Shown here: positions 40,481 to 52,032 of the stretch, one piece after another
How the letters are laid out: every line of letters begins with the position of its first letter
Numbering within the stretch: position 1 is the first letter of the stretch
Assembly: GCA_964016885.1 (NCBI GenBank)
Contig: OZ024740.1
Coordinates: 100,006,001 to 100,070,000, forward strand
Source: Eledone cirrhosa
Lineage: Eukaryota
Direction of reading: 5' to 3'
DNA length: 64,000 nt
Notes under the pieces: generated by a model
The model's database searches: none
Told to the model about the DNA's origin: nothing
The model's input: only the letters and a program-made list of their open reading frames with translations
Program-made: the position numbers and the translations under genes

Positions 40481-41834
40481 CTATGTCTACTGAGATATGT
40501 ATGACATGTTCACAGACCAAAAAAGAGAAAAATAATTTTTTCACAAAGAAAACTCCTGTCCCCTTCTACCCTAAACCTGAAGTAACAAAGAGGTTATTTA
40601 ACATTTAGGTCCTTCCCTGTTAGTATTGAACACATACTAGCATGAACATTTAGACCGATTCACCTTGTCTTCTGAACCTTTGCACCCCCGACATTTTCTC
40701 AGAAGGAAATCCTGAAATACTCCAAAATGACTGACACAACCCAAATAGTTGCTCCAAGGGCGCCCCTTTCTCCCACTGCAAAGGGTACATACACGCTCCT
40801 TTTAGACCATCAAGGGAAGGCAGACACATAACACAGTATGTCATATACCATCATTTTGCTTCAAGGCAACAACCATGAGCCCTCTTCCAGCAGTGCAATG
40901 TCTGTAGTCTAGCCAAAATCTCCAGCAATGCCTCTTCACTAAGGCCAAGTACACTGAACACCATAGTGCTCTAATGAAGTAATGCTGGTGTAATGACAAA
41001 CACACCCAGTTCACCTTTGAAGTGGTAGTGCCAGAAGTGCATTAAAATGCTCCAAGTACATGGCATCCAGCTATAGAAATCAAGCCAAAACAACGAGTAA
41101 AAGCAGGAACTAGTCGCCTAACCAGTTGAGCTTTAACACATGACAGCCATCTAACCCATAGATGCATGGAAATGATGATATATCACATATGAGTAAAAAG
41201 AAGGGTACACTTAGAAATATAATGTTATACATACAGAGATGTGTGTATGAGCATCGATTTATATAAAAGAAAATGTAGATGTTTCAACAAAACAAACAGA
41301 TCTGTTATATTTATATTACTACAAAAGAAATGTAGTGATTAAAACGAATTAACATAATTTCATAAGTTAGGAGACACAATACATTAGCCAATTTCAAATG
41401 TGTGAATAAACGCATTAAATCAATATTCTAGGAAAAATATATTTAAGATGATGTAATATTTCTAACCATTATTATGATCATCAATTTGCCATTTTCAAAC
41501 ATGAGTAAAGATTAAAGAAGTGTTCTCTAAGGCATGTGGCTCTATCTTTGCCTTAAAAATAATCTACTTATATTTAAATACACAAACAGATGTGTATATA
41601 CTAACATATTATGGTGCATAAATGCATGTAATTGGCTGACAAATTTGATTGTTTAAAATATCAATGGTTGAGAAATCTCGTGATCTGAAGCTAGAATATA
41701 GCCTTAAAAGAAAACAAGCAAATGTTATATATATTATTGATGTACTTCGTTTGTGAATGCATGTTTGCACAAACACACATACACACAGACACACATATAT
41801 ATATATATATACATACATATACATTTATATATAC

Positions 41835-42100
41835 ATCATCATCCCTGTTTTACGTCCATTCTTCCACGCTAGCATGGATTAGACAGGTTGTCCTGTTGTG
41901 GGCAGTGCCAGGTGAGGTGACCTTGTCTTGCTCATACAGGAACTGATTTTGGCTGGATTTCTAAAGCAGGATGCCCTTCCTAACACCAACCTCATTTACA
42001 GTGAGTGTTGGGTGCTTTTTTTTCTGTGGCGCCTACATGACCACTTCACAGTGTGGGCTGGGTGCTATTTTGTCATGACACCTCCATGATCACTTTGCAG
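41835..42100 (-). mobile_element. RTE-SINE-type element with tandem pseudoknot units
   Basis: gatgcccttcctaacaccaacc motif, (CAT)n tail, two or more units. Confidence 0.75.
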
Positions 42101-42232
42101 TGTGTGTGTGTGTGTGGGGGGGGGGCATATTGTCTATATGCTTCAGCTTTGGCTTGTTCCTGAGCGGGTCAGGTCTTCTGTATTACTGTGTGATGCCAGA
42201 GGTGTCACGGTCCTGTGTCATCGCCTTTGAGA

Positions 42233-42288
<56 letters not shown>

Positions 42289-42333
42289 GAAAGGTATAGA
42301 AATTGTTTTAGCGAGAAGCTAATAGTATTCTAT

Positions 42334-42368
<35 letters not shown>

Positions 42369-43286
42369 ATATATTTATATATATATATATATTTATATAT
42401 ATATGTGTGTGTGTTCAGAAGAGATTGTTTTAGTAAAAACAGGAATAAGCAGGAGAAAGCTTTCAACAATCGTAGTTTTTAGTTACGAAGGAGAGTTTTA
42501 TAAAAATGACAAAATAATATGCTGAGGTTACATATATCATTTAATCATTATAATTATTTCCACGGTTCTCCATGTAATCGAGATGCATTTGCTGTTGTTA
42601 TGAGAATAGTATCCTCAGATGATATCCAATATGTTTGATATGTCGCTGGAAGGAAAAAAACACACGTCCTATTGCTTGTGTGCCCAGCCGACATATGAGT
42701 TCTTTGAAGGGTTTGCCAGCCGTCGTGTTTGCTAGAAAAAGTTATCACGAAAAAAAAAACGAAAAAGCTGTGTAGCCAAAGCCCAGTAGACAGTGGAAGC
42801 ACTAAATGGAGCTCTGATGGAGGGTGGGGTATATATTTTGTTGACAACAACTACAACAAGAATAATGACAATAACAGCAAAATACCGACAGCGACAATAA
42901 CAACAAAACGCCGAGCAATATCGTCCACACTGGCCGCATCAGTCATAATGATATTACTACCCTACTGACAACAACAACGGAAGCAAGAACCACAGTAAAC
43001 AGTTACAACAGCAGAAACACAGACCAGCGCCATGTACATAGGACGTAGCAGTCGTAGTGACAGTATCATCCCGCCAATAATAACAACGATAATACAAAGC
43101 AATAAAAGGAGTTCTGAGTTAGGTGGCTACACTGAATTGGTGGCATCTATCACCATAACTATATATATCAAATAACAATAGTAACGGGAACAAATATTAA
43201 CACCGTCCATCACCTATCCTGGTCGTCGTAGTAGTGGTGATATCATTGATATTAGTATCAAGTCAATGGCAGTGAGCACCCATTAC

Positions 43287-43563
43287 CTGGCTTGATTTCT
43301 ACAGCTGGATGCCCTTCCTAACACCAACCTCATTTACAGTGAGTGCTGGGTGCTTTTTTTCCCATGGCACCTCCACGACCACTTTACAGTGGAATGATAT
43401 GGACCCCAGTCCCTATTATCTCATTTCTACAGCTGAGTAAACTGGAGCAATGTGAAATAAAGTGTCTTACTCAAGGAAACAACACATCACCCAGTCTGAG
43501 AATTGAACTCACAACCTTTCGATTGCAAGTCCAATGCTCTAACTACTAAGCCATGTGCCTCCA
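43287..43563 (-). mobile_element. CORE-like RTE-partner SINE, 3' truncated
   Basis: Matches 11170-11443. Confidence 0.85.
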
Positions 43564-43584
43564 TTATATGTATGTATATATAAT

Positions 43585-43732
43585 AATTGTTTCTACTTTA
43601 GGCACAAGGCCAGCAATTACCCAGTGCATTACTGGTACATATTTTATCGACCCCGTAAGGATAAAAGGCAAAGTCAACCTCGGCGGGATTTGAACTCAGA
43701 TCGTAAAGGGACGTAACTATGCTGGAAAGCAT
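43585..43732 (-). mobile_element. Meta-domain-like SINE
   Basis: Reverse complement of the 13580 family. Confidence 0.8.
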
Positions 43733-43914
43733 ATAATAATGATAATATGGATGAGGTGTCAAATTTTCATTACGTTTATTGAGGTGTGATGGGCATTTCA
43801 CGATTGATCAGCTCAAGGTTTTATCTGTATTGATCGGGCCCAACTCTGGAATCAAAAGCCAATCATTCTTCTGTTAGTGCAATTATTCAATGATTCCTGT
43901 ACAATGTTAAAAAA

Positions 43915-44150
43915 TATTAGTTAGGTGACAAAATCAGCAGTGGAGGAGGGTGCTCTGAAAGTGTAGTAGCCAGAATTAAAACGGGTTGGAAAAAGTTCAG
44001 AGAGCTAATACCGCTGTTGGCCACAAGGGGTTTTTCTCTAAAAATGAAAGGCAGGTTGTGTGATGCATATATATGAATGGCGGTATTACATGGTAGTGAA
44101 ACTTGGGCATTGTGTGCTGATGACCTGCATAGATTGGAAAGAAATAAAGC
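43915..44150 (+). mobile_element. Older RTE RT fragment; left half of a split copy
   Basis: LGDKISSGGGCSESVVARIKTGWKKFRELIPLL...HGSETWALCADDLHRLERNKA; continues at ~48750. Confidence 0.85.
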
Positions 44151-44186
44151 TTGCAAGCTCCAATCATCATCATCATCATCCTCATT

Positions 44187-45827
44187 TTACGTCCGCTTTT
44201 CCCTGCTTGCAAGGGTGGGACGGGTCTTATTCAGCACAGCATCTCTCCACTCGTCACGGTCCCTCATCATCTCCACCGTGAGCTTCAATGATCTGAGGTC
44301 TGTTCTCACCACCTCCGCCCATGTTTTTCGTGGTCTACCTCTACCACGTCTTCCATCAACTGGCATTTCCTGGCACTTCTTCACCCATCGGTCATCCTCC
44401 ATGCGCATCACATGTCCATACCACCTCAGTCTCCTTTCCCTTACACTACATTCTATCCCTCTCAGACACAGTTTCTCTCTCAACACATTTATGCTGGGTC
44501 GTTCACGCACATTTACACTGCACATCCAACGGAGCATGCTTGCCTCATTTTTCTCCAGCCGTCGCATATCCTCTGCAGTTGCTGCCCATGTCTCACTACC
44601 ATGCAGCATCGCGCTCCTCACACAGGCATCATACAACCGGCCTTTCGTACGCAGGGAGAAACCCTTCTTCGTCAACAGAGGAAGCAGCTCCCTAAACTTC
44701 TTCCAACCCGTCCTTATTCTAGATACTATGGCCTCGGAACACCCTCCTCCCATGCTAATCTGATCTCCTAGGTACCGGAAGCTATCCACCACTTCTATAG
44801 CGCCCTCTTGCATTTGAAAAATGTGTCTATCAGTGCGACTTCTACTGTCTAATTTCCCTGTACATCTACTGCATACATATTTCTCCCTACCTGTTAGTTT
44901 GCCTGCTATCCCGCTACATCTCTTGTGTACCCAGGATTTGCATTGTGTGCATTTTATAGAATTTATGCCAGTTCCTTTTCTGCATATCGAACATGGCCAT
45001 TTCCCTGACGGAATCAGGGTTTTGTCCTATTTTCTACTCATCAACACTTTTGTCTTAGCTAGATTCACTCTCAGTCCTCTTGCTTCCAACTGCTGTTTCC
45101 ATAGCCAGAATTTATTCTCTAACTCCTCTACTGATTCTGCTATAAGAACCAGATCGTCCGCATAGAGAAGTTCCCTTGGACAGCCAGTCTTAAACTCCTC
45201 TGTTATGGCTTGGAGGACTATAATGAACAACAGCGGGCTGAGGACCGAACCCGGATGTACTCCTACTTGTATCTGGAATTCCTCACTAAACTTCATTCCT
45301 ACCCTAACTTTACTGACAGAACCTCTGTACAAAGTTTGCACTGTCCTCACAAGCCATTCCTCAACATCTAGCTTCCTTAGGGACCACCAGATGACAGATC
45401 GGGGTACCCTATCAAAGGCCTTCTCTAGGTCAACAAAGGCTAAGTATAGTGGCTTATTCTTCTCTAAGAACCTCTCTTGCATTTGTCTCACCAAGAAGAG
45501 GGCATCTGTTGTACTCTTCCCAGGCACAAAACCAAACTGCATCTCATCTAGTTTGACCCTTTCTCTAATTAGTTGTACTAAAATCTTTTCTGCCACTTTC
45601 ATAACCTGATCTATCAGTTTCATACCCCTATAATTGCTCCTCTCCAAAGCATCTCCTTTACCTTTGTAGCGATTTATGAGAATACTGCTGCACCAGTCTT
45701 TGGGTATGACACCACCATATATAGCCTGATTGATGATGCGTGCAACCAGTTTAGTGTCTACGTCCCCTGATGCCTTCAGCATCTCAGCAACTATTCCCGA
45801 TGGTCCGGCCGCCTTACCATTTTTCAT
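44187..45827 (-). pseudogene. RTE ORF, reverse transcriptase with PHD-like finger; one premature TAG at 45027-45029
   Basis: NYRG, QFGF, FVDLEKAFDRV, GVHPGSVLSPLLF, LLYADDL, FRYLG. ORFs 45027-45827 and 44187-44813 are in the same frame. Confidence 0.92.
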
Positions 45828-47179
45828 TTCCCTAATCGCCTCTTGGACCCTATATTCGTCAATCTCTCATAATGACATTTCCAGGCCTCCTTTTTCTGAT
45901 CATTCGTGACACTAAGTACACCGGCATCATCCCGGACACATTTATCTCCAACGACATCCTGATTTGCATTGACACACTGTCTTGCAATGTGGAACACCAC
46001 ACGCTTCTGATCTTCCCGTCGCAGAACATTGGCAAACCTCCTACTCTCTGCCTCCCTGCGTGCTAAATACACCTGACGTCTAGCTTCTCTCTTAGTGGCT
46101 GTATATTCTTCCCTACTCCCACCCTTTTTCCAAGCCTTCCATGCTAGTCTTTTGTCTCTAATAGCCTTATCTACTGTGCTGTTCCACCACCAGGTCACTC
46201 TCTGTCTGGTTGGAGCTCTGCTCCAGCCACAGGCTTCATCAGTAGCCTGCAGAAAGTTGTCACGTAAGAAATTCCACTTATTATCCATGTCATACGTCTC
46301 TAAATCGTCTTCTTTTTCGTCATATACATCTTGAAGGGCTTTCCTAAATTTGTATTTTAGTGAAAGGTCTTTTAGCTTCCAGACCTTTCTTCTCCACACC
46401 TTCCTATATGTCTCATTCCATCTCTTGCTTACTGAGATATCACTAACAACTAACCTATGCTGTGGGGTACATTCTTCCCCAGGGTATGCCTTGGTATTAG
46501 ACACTATCTTTCTGTCCCGCTGCCTAACTAGCAAGAAGTCAATCTGGCTTATGTGCTCACCAGATTTGTAGGTTATTAGGTGATTGGCAGGTTTCTGGAA
46601 GTTTGTGTTGCAAATAGTCAATGTACTCGCATCACAAAATTCAAGAAGCATCACTCCTTCTTCATTTCTTGAACCGTAACCGTGCCCACCATGTACCCCG
46701 GTGTAACCATCCTGGAGCTGTCCAACATGACCATTCAAGTCTCCTGCTAGCATAACGATGTCTCCGTCCTCTGTCATTGCGGTTGTTTGCAAAAGTTGCT
46801 CATAAAAGCAGTCTTTCTCATCTTTGCCTAGGCCTGCTTGGGGAGCATAGACCGAGAAGATTGTCAGTAGTCTCCTACCTACAACTAATCTAAGCTTAAT
46901 TATTCGATTACTAACTCGAACTACCTCTATTGTCTTATTGATCCATTTCTCAGCCAGGAAAATGCCTACTCCTCCTAGCCCATCATCCTTACCTACCCAG
47001 AATAGCTTATAGCTAAGACGCTTGCCTACGACTAGTCTCGCAGAGGCACCTCTCCATCTCACCTCCTGCACGCAGCACACATCCACCTGCCTTCTCTCCA
47101 GCATCTCCGCTATTTCAGCAGATCTACCTCTGAGAGTGCCAACAGTAAGTTTTGCAACTCTGAGATGCGACGTCTTCAT
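45824..47179 (-). pseudogene. RTE ORF, APE endonuclease portion; frameshift/deletion near 45850
   Basis: CCVQEVRW, SVYAPQ, GDLNGHVG, SQIDFLL and QHRLVV motifs. Confidence 0.92.
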
Positions 47180-48174
47180 ATTTTGTTGTTGTTCCTAGTT
47201 GTTGCTGCGCTGATAAGCGTTTTGGCATTGATACACTGGTTGGATGCCCTTCCTAACACCAGCGCCACTTTACAGCATGGAATGGGTGCTTTTATTTGTG
47301 CCACCAGCACTAGAGAGGATGTCTTACTAGACTCAAGGGCCCTCTCTACCCCTCCATTTTACAGCATGGTCATTAAAAAAAAAAAAAATTATTGACACGA
47401 CGCACACACAAACACTCACACACCAACACTCATGCATACAAACCACAACCACACACACGCCACACATACCAACACTCATCCATGCATACAATCACACACA
47501 CCACTCACAAACACACATATATATACATATATTACCGACAGTACTGTTACAAAATCAAAATCATCAAAATCAAAATCAATATCATGTCAACTGTTGACCT
47601 TTCCCAGTCCAGTTCAGCTTGTATATAATAATAATAATAATTGTTTGCTTTACGCTGGTAATGGCGGTGGTGGCGGTGAATGGTGGTGGATGGTGTCAGT
47701 GTGGTGGTGGTGGATGGTATCAGTGTGGTGGTGGTGGATGGTCAGTGATGGTGGTGGCAGTTGTTGGTGCTGTAGTTGCTGTTGTCGTTGTTGCTGTTGT
47801 TGTTGTTGGTGTTGCTGCTGTTGTTGTAGTTGTTGCTGTGTTGAAATCTGGTCGCTTCCACTGAGATATACATATACACACACATATATATGTATATACA
47901 CATACATACATCAAAAGAGTAAGCAGTATGTCAACAGGGAACAGGGAACAGGTCCGCCACCTCAGATAGAGTAATGAGTACTGTGGTGATGGTGGGGAGC
48001 GAGTGTAGGCGTTATTGTTATTGTGGTGGCGGCGGGTCAGTGAGATGTACAAGTTCATAGATCACATCTCTCTTTTCCTCTCTCTTCAAAATTTTGAATT
48101 TATGGCCTTTTGCAATGGCGGACAAGTATATATAATATATATATATGAAGCAAAGAAAAGAAAATTTCACTGAT

Positions 48175-48558
48175 ACGAAAGATTTCCTGGTAGAAGTTCA
48201 GGTGTATTCAGTGATTGGTATCCAGTTTCGGGGTATCCAATTAGAAAATCCAACGAATCTTTAAGAGGGGTCCACGCAAGCATTGATATACACATGTATA
48301 TATGTAAAATGTAAGCAGAAATAACAACGAAAGATTTTCTGGTAGAAGTTCAGGTGTATTCAGGTGTATTCAGTTCAGGTGTATTCAGGTGTATTCAGTT
48401 CAGGTGTATTCAGGTGTATTCAGTGTATTCAGTGTTCCCTGTTCCCAGTTTCGGGGTATCCAATTAGAAAATCCAACGAATTTTTTAGAGGGGTCCACGC
48501 AAGCATATATATAGATATATATATGTATATATGTAAAATGTAAGCAGAAATAACAACA
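48175..48558 (+). repeat. Direct tandem duplication of ~150 bp with an internal (ttcaggtgta)n expansion
   Basis: acgaaagatt..ctggtagaagttcagg...gtaagcagaaataaca occurs twice; the 10-mer is expanded at 48349-48435. Confidence 0.9.
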
Positions 48559-48749
48559 CATATACTAATGAACATACATTAAACACAGAGGGACTGTAAA
48601 TGATAATAGCAATATTTAGATATAAATATAAATGTACATATCTCTATTGGTCTCATCATTTTTCTCTTTCCTCTTGTGTGTAGCAACACGTGGTTGTGTG
48701 TTGCTGCTGACTATAGCAGAGCCCGAGAAAACACGTCTTGCCCTTACAG

Positions 48750-49155
48750 CCGCTGCTCCAATGGATGTGTAATAATAATGTGCGCGAAAGGTGAAGCATA
48801 AACGAACTAAGAGGGAGACTAAGCATAAGAGATATTAAATGTTGTGGTCTGGAGAGGAGGTTGTGTTGGTATGGACATGTGATGCGTATGAAGGAGGACA
48901 GGTGTATAAAAAAGTTCAGGGCAATGAAAATTGATGGAAGCTGCGGGGTGGGTAGACCAAGAAAAACCTGGGATGAAGTGATAAAAACTGACCTTGCCCA
49001 CGTACACCTCTCTAAGACAATGACACTGGATCGAGACTTTTGGCACCATGCAGTTGTATAGAAGACTCAGCTACCATTGCATATAAACCTACAGTCAGTA
49101 GGCACCTCTTCACTCAATATACACCCCACCGCCATACCCTGATGATGATGATGAT
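48750..49155 (+). mobile_element. Right half of the split older RTE copy
   Basis: LLQWMC..NVRER...RRLCWYGHVMRMKEDRCIKK...GRPRKTWDEV; (GAT)n tail. Confidence 0.85.
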
Positions 49156-49299
49156 GTATATATATATGTGTATATACACTTATAAGTATATATGTATGTA
49201 TATATGTATGCAGGTATTTTGTACTCTTTTAGCTTCTTATCTGTTTCAGCTGATGAACTGAAGTCATACTGGAGCTTCCTTCTTTGGTTTGATCAATGA

Positions 49300-50740
49300 T
49301 GCAAGAAGGAATATTTGTTACTGTTGTCATTTGTTCTTTCTATGCTGTAGGCTCATCTGAGATCTTATAGAGCAGAATGTACATGTCTCAGGTATTTTGG
49401 CTGCATATTAAAGAGCTGGGGGGTTCTATTGCAGTATTTGGTTCTTACTCTAGATATGAAGGATAGGAACTTTGGCACTATGCCTTTTGAATCCTGTTTG
49501 GTGCTAACCATTCCATGATCTTCCATATGTATATCACTGTGTATTTCTGCTAGCTTCACTCCAGATAGTAAAGTTTTAGTTATTTCAGCCTCTCTCAGTA
49601 GCTCATCTCTTACAGTGACGCATTCTACTTGATGTAGCTTTGTTGGATATCTTCAAGTTCAACAGTTAATTTTGGGTGACCACAGCTGAGAGCAATATTC
49701 AAGCTGGCTGAGGACAAATGTCCTCCAGAGTACCAACATCTTTTCCTGGTCTCTTTTGCTGAAGGACCTCAGAACCCAGCTAACCAGTTATCTGCACATC
49801 ATCACCATTTTGGTGATATATGCATGCTTCATTGCTCATGTTAGCTCCCAGGTCTAGCCTGTATTTTGATGCAGGACACCACTTGTCATTAATGTTTACT
49901 TTGAGAGAGCTGCACTGGCTGCAAGAATTAGGCTTCTGTCTTTTAACCCTCTTGCCCTGTGTTCCTGTTACAGCATTTATCTCTGCCAAATTCCTGTTAA
50001 AGCAGTAATGAACAACACACATAGAAGATGAAATACTAAAAATACACAACTGGTCACATTACAGCATTGTAGTTACATGTGTTTTTGACTCATTGTTAAT
50101 AGTGTCCCTTATAGCTGTTGTTTACTTTGTTTTTAATCGAAACACAAACGGATTTTGTTGGCAATAAAATAAGCATGTAATAGACCCAGCACTGTGGAAA
50201 ATCTTTACAGTTGAACAAATTATTGACGATTTTATTCTATAGAAAGAAATTCAACAAATTTATACTTATGCAGAAAGTGAGAGTGATTCGAACAATGAAA
50301 CTGGTGAAAATGTTGAGGAAAGTAGCGATTCAGGTGAACAAATTGGGTGTTGTATTCGCACAGCTGATACTGATATGTGTGTTAGAGATTATGTAAATCT
50401 TGATGAGCATTGAGTAGACACATTCATTGCATATTGTCTTGATTCTGTCCATTATTTTTCCTGCAGTCATTGCCCTTAGTCTGTATATTCAACTATTTAT
50501 TTTTTTGCTCAGGAGCTGAGGTGGAGTGTAAAATTAGACAGAAGTTCCCAGGTCTGAAATGGAAATGGTAAGAAATCATACAGCCACTCTCCTAGATTTC
50601 CAACCAGACTGAGACGACATAGTTTGTGACATACCATTCCATGATCAACTTTATCAAAGGCCTTTGCAAAGTTGAGATATAGCACATCCACATTTGAATT
50701 GTTTAGCAGTTGTTCAGCAACCCTTTTCAACAGCATAGTA
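49300..50740 (-). mobile_element. CR1/L2-group LINE RT fragments (49300-49900 and 50560-50740)
   Basis: VDVLYLNFAKAFDKVDHG...GNLGEWLYDFL; WVLRSFSKRD...LWRTFVLSQLEYCSQLWSP. Confidence 0.75.
49943..50420 (+). mobile_element. Possible piggyBac left end with acidic transposase N-terminus
   Basis: TTAA-CCCT at ~49943, then decayed FTVEQII...SESDSNNETGENVEESSDS. Confidence 0.35.
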
Positions 50741-51019
50741 ATATCTGCCAGATATTACTCCGCCCAAAATATGTTAACATGAATGGACCTGTTATTTTTA
50801 TCTAAAGACATTTTTCCTAATTCCAACCTGCCTGTCCCTTCAATCCATCTTATTTCACATTCTTTCTTCTGATGAAGGACTAGTGTCCCAAACATTAAGA
50901 CCCTCTTTCTGCTATTTCAAACATTAACCTAATATATTCCTTCCATATACTGTACCAATTGTGTTGTTATTTCTGTTTAACTTTTGCATACATATATGTA
51001 AGTAAGAGTTATATCAAAT

Positions 51020-51210
51020 AATAATAATGGTTTCTACTTTTGGCACAAGGCCAGAAATTACCCAGTACATTACTGGTACTTTATTTTATCGACCCTGTAA
51101 GGATGAAAGGCAAAGTTAACCTCAACGGGATTTGAACTCAGACCATAAAGGGACATAACTATGCTAGAAAGCATGGCGTCCAACCCTCTACCAATACTGC
51201 CAATTCACTG
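51020..51210 (-). mobile_element. Meta-domain-like SINE
   Basis: Close reverse complement of 13580-13765. Confidence 0.82.
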
Positions 51211-51277
51211 GTCTTACTAAGCCATGCTGTGTCTTGATGGCTATTGCCATCCAATTGCTCAACAGTAGCAGTGAAGA

Positions 51278-51320
51278 ACAATCAACAAGTTTCTCGGTCA
51301 TTATCCTTCATCAGGACTAT
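51278..51320 (-). ncRNA. Solo minimal hammerhead-like motif
   Basis: atagtc-CTGATGA-aggataatgaccga-GAAA-ctt-GTT-gattgt. Stems I and III pair; stem II is weak. Confidence 0.5.
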
Positions 51321-51963
51321 ATACATCTCTGAGACTATGTATACATAATTGTTTAGATGAGTTGATAACACAAGCATATAAAGGCAAAGAATAATTCAAT
51401 GTTCAAATGTGATTTTATAGTCCACAGCGAGATAGGTAAAAGACAGTTCAGATTTTAATTCAATTGGTAAAATTCCAACCACTGTTTACATTTTCAGAAT
51501 GGAGATATTTGGACATGTGGTTGGTAAATAATTATGTTATTTATGTTGTTCAATAGATTCTGAGGAAATCAATACTGAGGAAATGTATTTTCTTACTGTA
51601 TTGATAGAAACATTTGTAAATCAATTATATAATTTAATGTAATTTAATCCTCGTTATTTTATTCATTTTATCTATCTCTCTCTCTCTCTATATATATATA
51701 TATACATATAGGTGTGTGTGAATATTCTCCTTAGCTCAGCAATTCAGTTACTTACTTTAAAACATGCAATGATTGGCATCAGGATAGGAGAGCATCATGC
51801 AATACATATATACATGTTTGTGTATATATATATATATGATGATGATGATGATATATACAATGATATTAAATAAATGGAAACTATATTTATAAAACTATAT
51901 TTATTCTATTATGTATATTTCAAGGGTACCAAAATTTCCAAACAAATTAAATATCTCTTCTAC

Positions 51964-52032
<69 letters not shown>

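Larger units (their letters stand above)
44160..47375 (-). mobile_element. Near-full-length RTE-clade LINE
   Basis: 5'UTR 47180-47375; single ORF region 47179-44187; very short 3'UTR; (GAT)n tail. Confidence 0.95.

Noticed and set aside
44077-46571. Plus-strand ORFs, including the 228-aa ORF at 44077-44763
   Set aside because: Antisense shadows of the RTE ORF; the first is fused to an older RTE fragment.
47390-48060. Poly-Q/H/T/C ORFs
   Set aside because: Translations of CAA/CAC/TGG simple repeats with no domain or splice support.
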